A DNA stretch of 64,000 bases, from positions 620,001 through 684,000 of the forward strand of contig NW_026963309.1 of NCBI RefSeq assembly GCF_036588685.1, given 5' to 3'. The position numbers were made by a program, and so were the translations under genes. The first letter of the stretch is position 1; every line of letters begins with the position of its first letter. Below are positions 61,351 through 64,000 of this stretch, piece after piece. The stretch is from Mytilus trossulus. Taxonomy: Eukaryota. The notes beneath the pieces were generated by a model that was given only the letters and a program-made list of their open reading frames with translations, was not told where the DNA came from and searched no databases.

Positions 61351-63772
61351 AGCTAGGTTCCCACTGCCGATCAGATCAACTCGATCAAGCCCGATCAAGA
61401 CAAATTACGTGATCAGGAGACTGGTCTGAATCAATCGACAAGCATGCTTGGGATAGTCTACCCTACTCGTCATCGAACTGACTATCTACCCGAGAGTTTT
61501 TGACATGTCAAAAACAATCGAGTAAGGACCGAGAAGCAAGTCACTCGAGAAGAGATCGAGAATTCGTCGAGTAGCGGTCGAATTGATCGGAGAAGGATCG
61601 TGACACTGTATAGATCGAGTTAGGTCGGAATACAACAAAATTTACGATCAGTACTCGATCATTTCGACCTTTGCTCGACTAATGTTCGATCATTTCCAGA
61701 TTAACTCGACCAATGTCCGATCGCTTCAAGATCACTGCGACTTCTATATTTATTTTATCCCAGACCAACTCGACCAATACCCGATCCCTTCGCAACAACA
61801 TTCGACCACTCTTCGATCTCTACTCGCCCATACACGAGAACACATGACTGCTACACGATTCTCTAAACGTTTGTGCAGATCTGATTAACTCTCATAACTC
61901 TGTCTCCACAAAAATATATTGGCAACATCATATTTAACTGTACAAAAAAAACCTATGTACAGTACGTGTCTTTACTTTTGCAAGGAGAGGTAACATTTTA
62001 AAAGAGAGGCAAAAGACACCAACGGAACCATCAAACTCAAAGGTCGAAAACAACGTGACACAGCCATAGCAAAAAACGAAAACCGACGAGAAGACAAACA
62101 GTAGTTCACATAACATGGAAAACTAAAAACTTAGCAACACATAACCCAACAAAAACCTGGGATGAACTCAGTTGTTCCGGAAGGGAAGAATATTCTGCAA
62201 TGTTGGCACCGGTTGATTTTTCAAATATGAAAGTAATTGTGCAATAATATTCATTATTAGACTGCTGACGACTAAGTTATCTTTCGAAGTTGGTTTATAA
62301 GAACATCGATCAAGATTATATTTACCTGATTTATAGGCTATTTTCTGTTTTGTCTGTCCGTATTTTTCGTTTGTCCAGAAATGTTTGTACTAGTATAAAC
62401 AAACAAGATGTAGTACAATTGCCAACGAGACAGTTCTTAACAGAACACCAAAATGACATAGAAATGATTAATAACAACTATAGGTCAAATAACTGTCATT
62501 TTTTTTCTCATTCGAACCTTTTTTACGTTATTTCACACAAGAAGGAGACACATTTTATTTTTATTTGGAGCGAATTTCGTTCTTACACAAATGATACAAA
62601 CAGTTCAGCGTGCACACGTTTTGGTAATTTGTTTCTAACATACTTTTGCAAAGTTTGCATAAACTTTGACAAACTATACACTCGCTGCTAATTCTTCTTC
62701 TGTTTGTCGTTTTGCTAGTTCAAACGATGCATTTCTTTCTAACTTTAACATAACATCAATTATCTAAACGTGTTCTTGCTTGTCATAACTCAAAATATTG
62801 TCTAAAATTCCTAAAAAAAGACCAATACACTATGAGGAAGCTTTTGTAAGCATTGTGTTCCTCTTTGTTAAGTTAATGCAAGTCTCTCATACTGCCCACA
62901 TGTGGTCGGCGTGTCAGTCACTGCCTCACTTAGATTTCTCGGCGCCCGTTGCTGTCTTCACCTGCTTGTTTGTCTTCTTTTCACTCTCCAAGCCCCGTTA
63001 CAGCCATTTTCGTGTCTCTCTGAGCTCTTACAACCTCGCCCACAAATCCAATTGCTTTATTTCTATATAGATATTTTAAATTTATGATTTTATTCGGACC
63101 TTCTACTGAATATAACCATGTATACGAAATGGCAAAAAAAACCAAAGGACAATAGAGCTACGTTTTCGCAGATAACCCCAGCTAGGATATTAACATTATA
63201 AAGTGTCATTACTCAAGAACGGCCACCCAAATTTGCATTTGAACTGTGTTTTATGGAAATAAGCATAGTGTATACGGCGTTTCATAAAACTTGGTTGAGG
63301 CAATATAAAATTAGAGAACGGAAACTAATATTGTTGGGACGTAGTCACATACGTACGGACGGACAAGGGTAACACGTAATGCCCACTCCAAAGCGACGGG
63401 GAATAAAAGTTTCGGACGTTTTTATACTTAAATTGTGCATACCCGATTATCCCTACTACCCATATACGATCAGGTCGATCTGGTCTGGTCAAGATCAGAC
63501 TAAGATGGTGAAAACATTAATTTGGTCTAGCTAGTCGAGTTAAGATCGTGTAAATATTGTGAATTGATCGGAATTATCGAATAAGTATTCATTTTGTTGT
63601 CGGGATTGAGTCCTGATGGGGTCGTGAATTGTCGAGTTAAGCTCGCGTACAGTCGGATGACGGTCGGGTAGAAGTCGTAAACAGGCTCGATCAAGAATTT
63701 GGTTGAGTTTGGTTGTGGAAATTTAGACAATCGGGTCATCGAGTTGATCTGATCGGCACTGTGAACCTAGCT
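61351..63772 (-). mobile_element. Decayed PIF/Harbinger element with transposase remnant and nested repeats
   Basis: TIR AGCTAGGTTCCCACTGCCGATCAGATCAACTCGAT / ATCGAGTTGATCTGATCGGCACTGTGAACCTAGCT; flanks TTA/TCA. Minus strand ~62825-62950 gives broken GRREI*VRQ*LTRRPH / GQYERL / EEHNAYKSFL, like Harbinger transposase N-termini. Confidence 0.7.
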
Positions 63773-64000
63773 TCACACCACTGTTCTAGGTTAGGAACAA
63801 CAAAAATCTTACTGCAAAACAGGCTTTGATAGAAATGCTTGCTTCCACTTGAAATGTTGTATGCGATATTTAACAGTTTTGTGAATGGCTGTGAAATAAA
63901 AAAAAATGTCTGCATCTTTGCATATTTACATTTTCATAGATTAAATTTTTTCGTTCAGTGTTATATGTTAACTTTGTTATATTATACGACAATTTTCAAG

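Overview
AT-rich animal genomic DNA, most likely a bivalve such as a Mytilus mussel (inferred from repeat content, not verified). The first ~46 kb is a tandem array of four minus-strand C2H2 zinc-finger paralogues, one running off the window and one frameshifted. Each carries a variable-copy 48-bp/16-aa repeat that appears to derive from a frameshifted half zinc finger. The array units are segmental duplicates full of nested mobile DNA: Penelope-like RT copies, an Academ-like transposon, LINE 3' fragments, Harbinger/hAT-like MITEs, Helentron-type elements and Crypton-like hairpin-ended elements. Further along lie an intronless nanos CDS (52609-53322, minus) flanked by hammerhead-ribozyme motifs, including a 349-nt retrozyme-like 1.1-mer; an intronless 2H-phosphoesterase (DUF1868-like) ORF with an N-terminal hydrophobic helix and an upstream overlapping NF-kB/STAT-like motif; a tRNA-headed palindromic repeat in (TA)n; and a decayed Harbinger element. 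All family assignments come from motif recognition by eye, not database searches.
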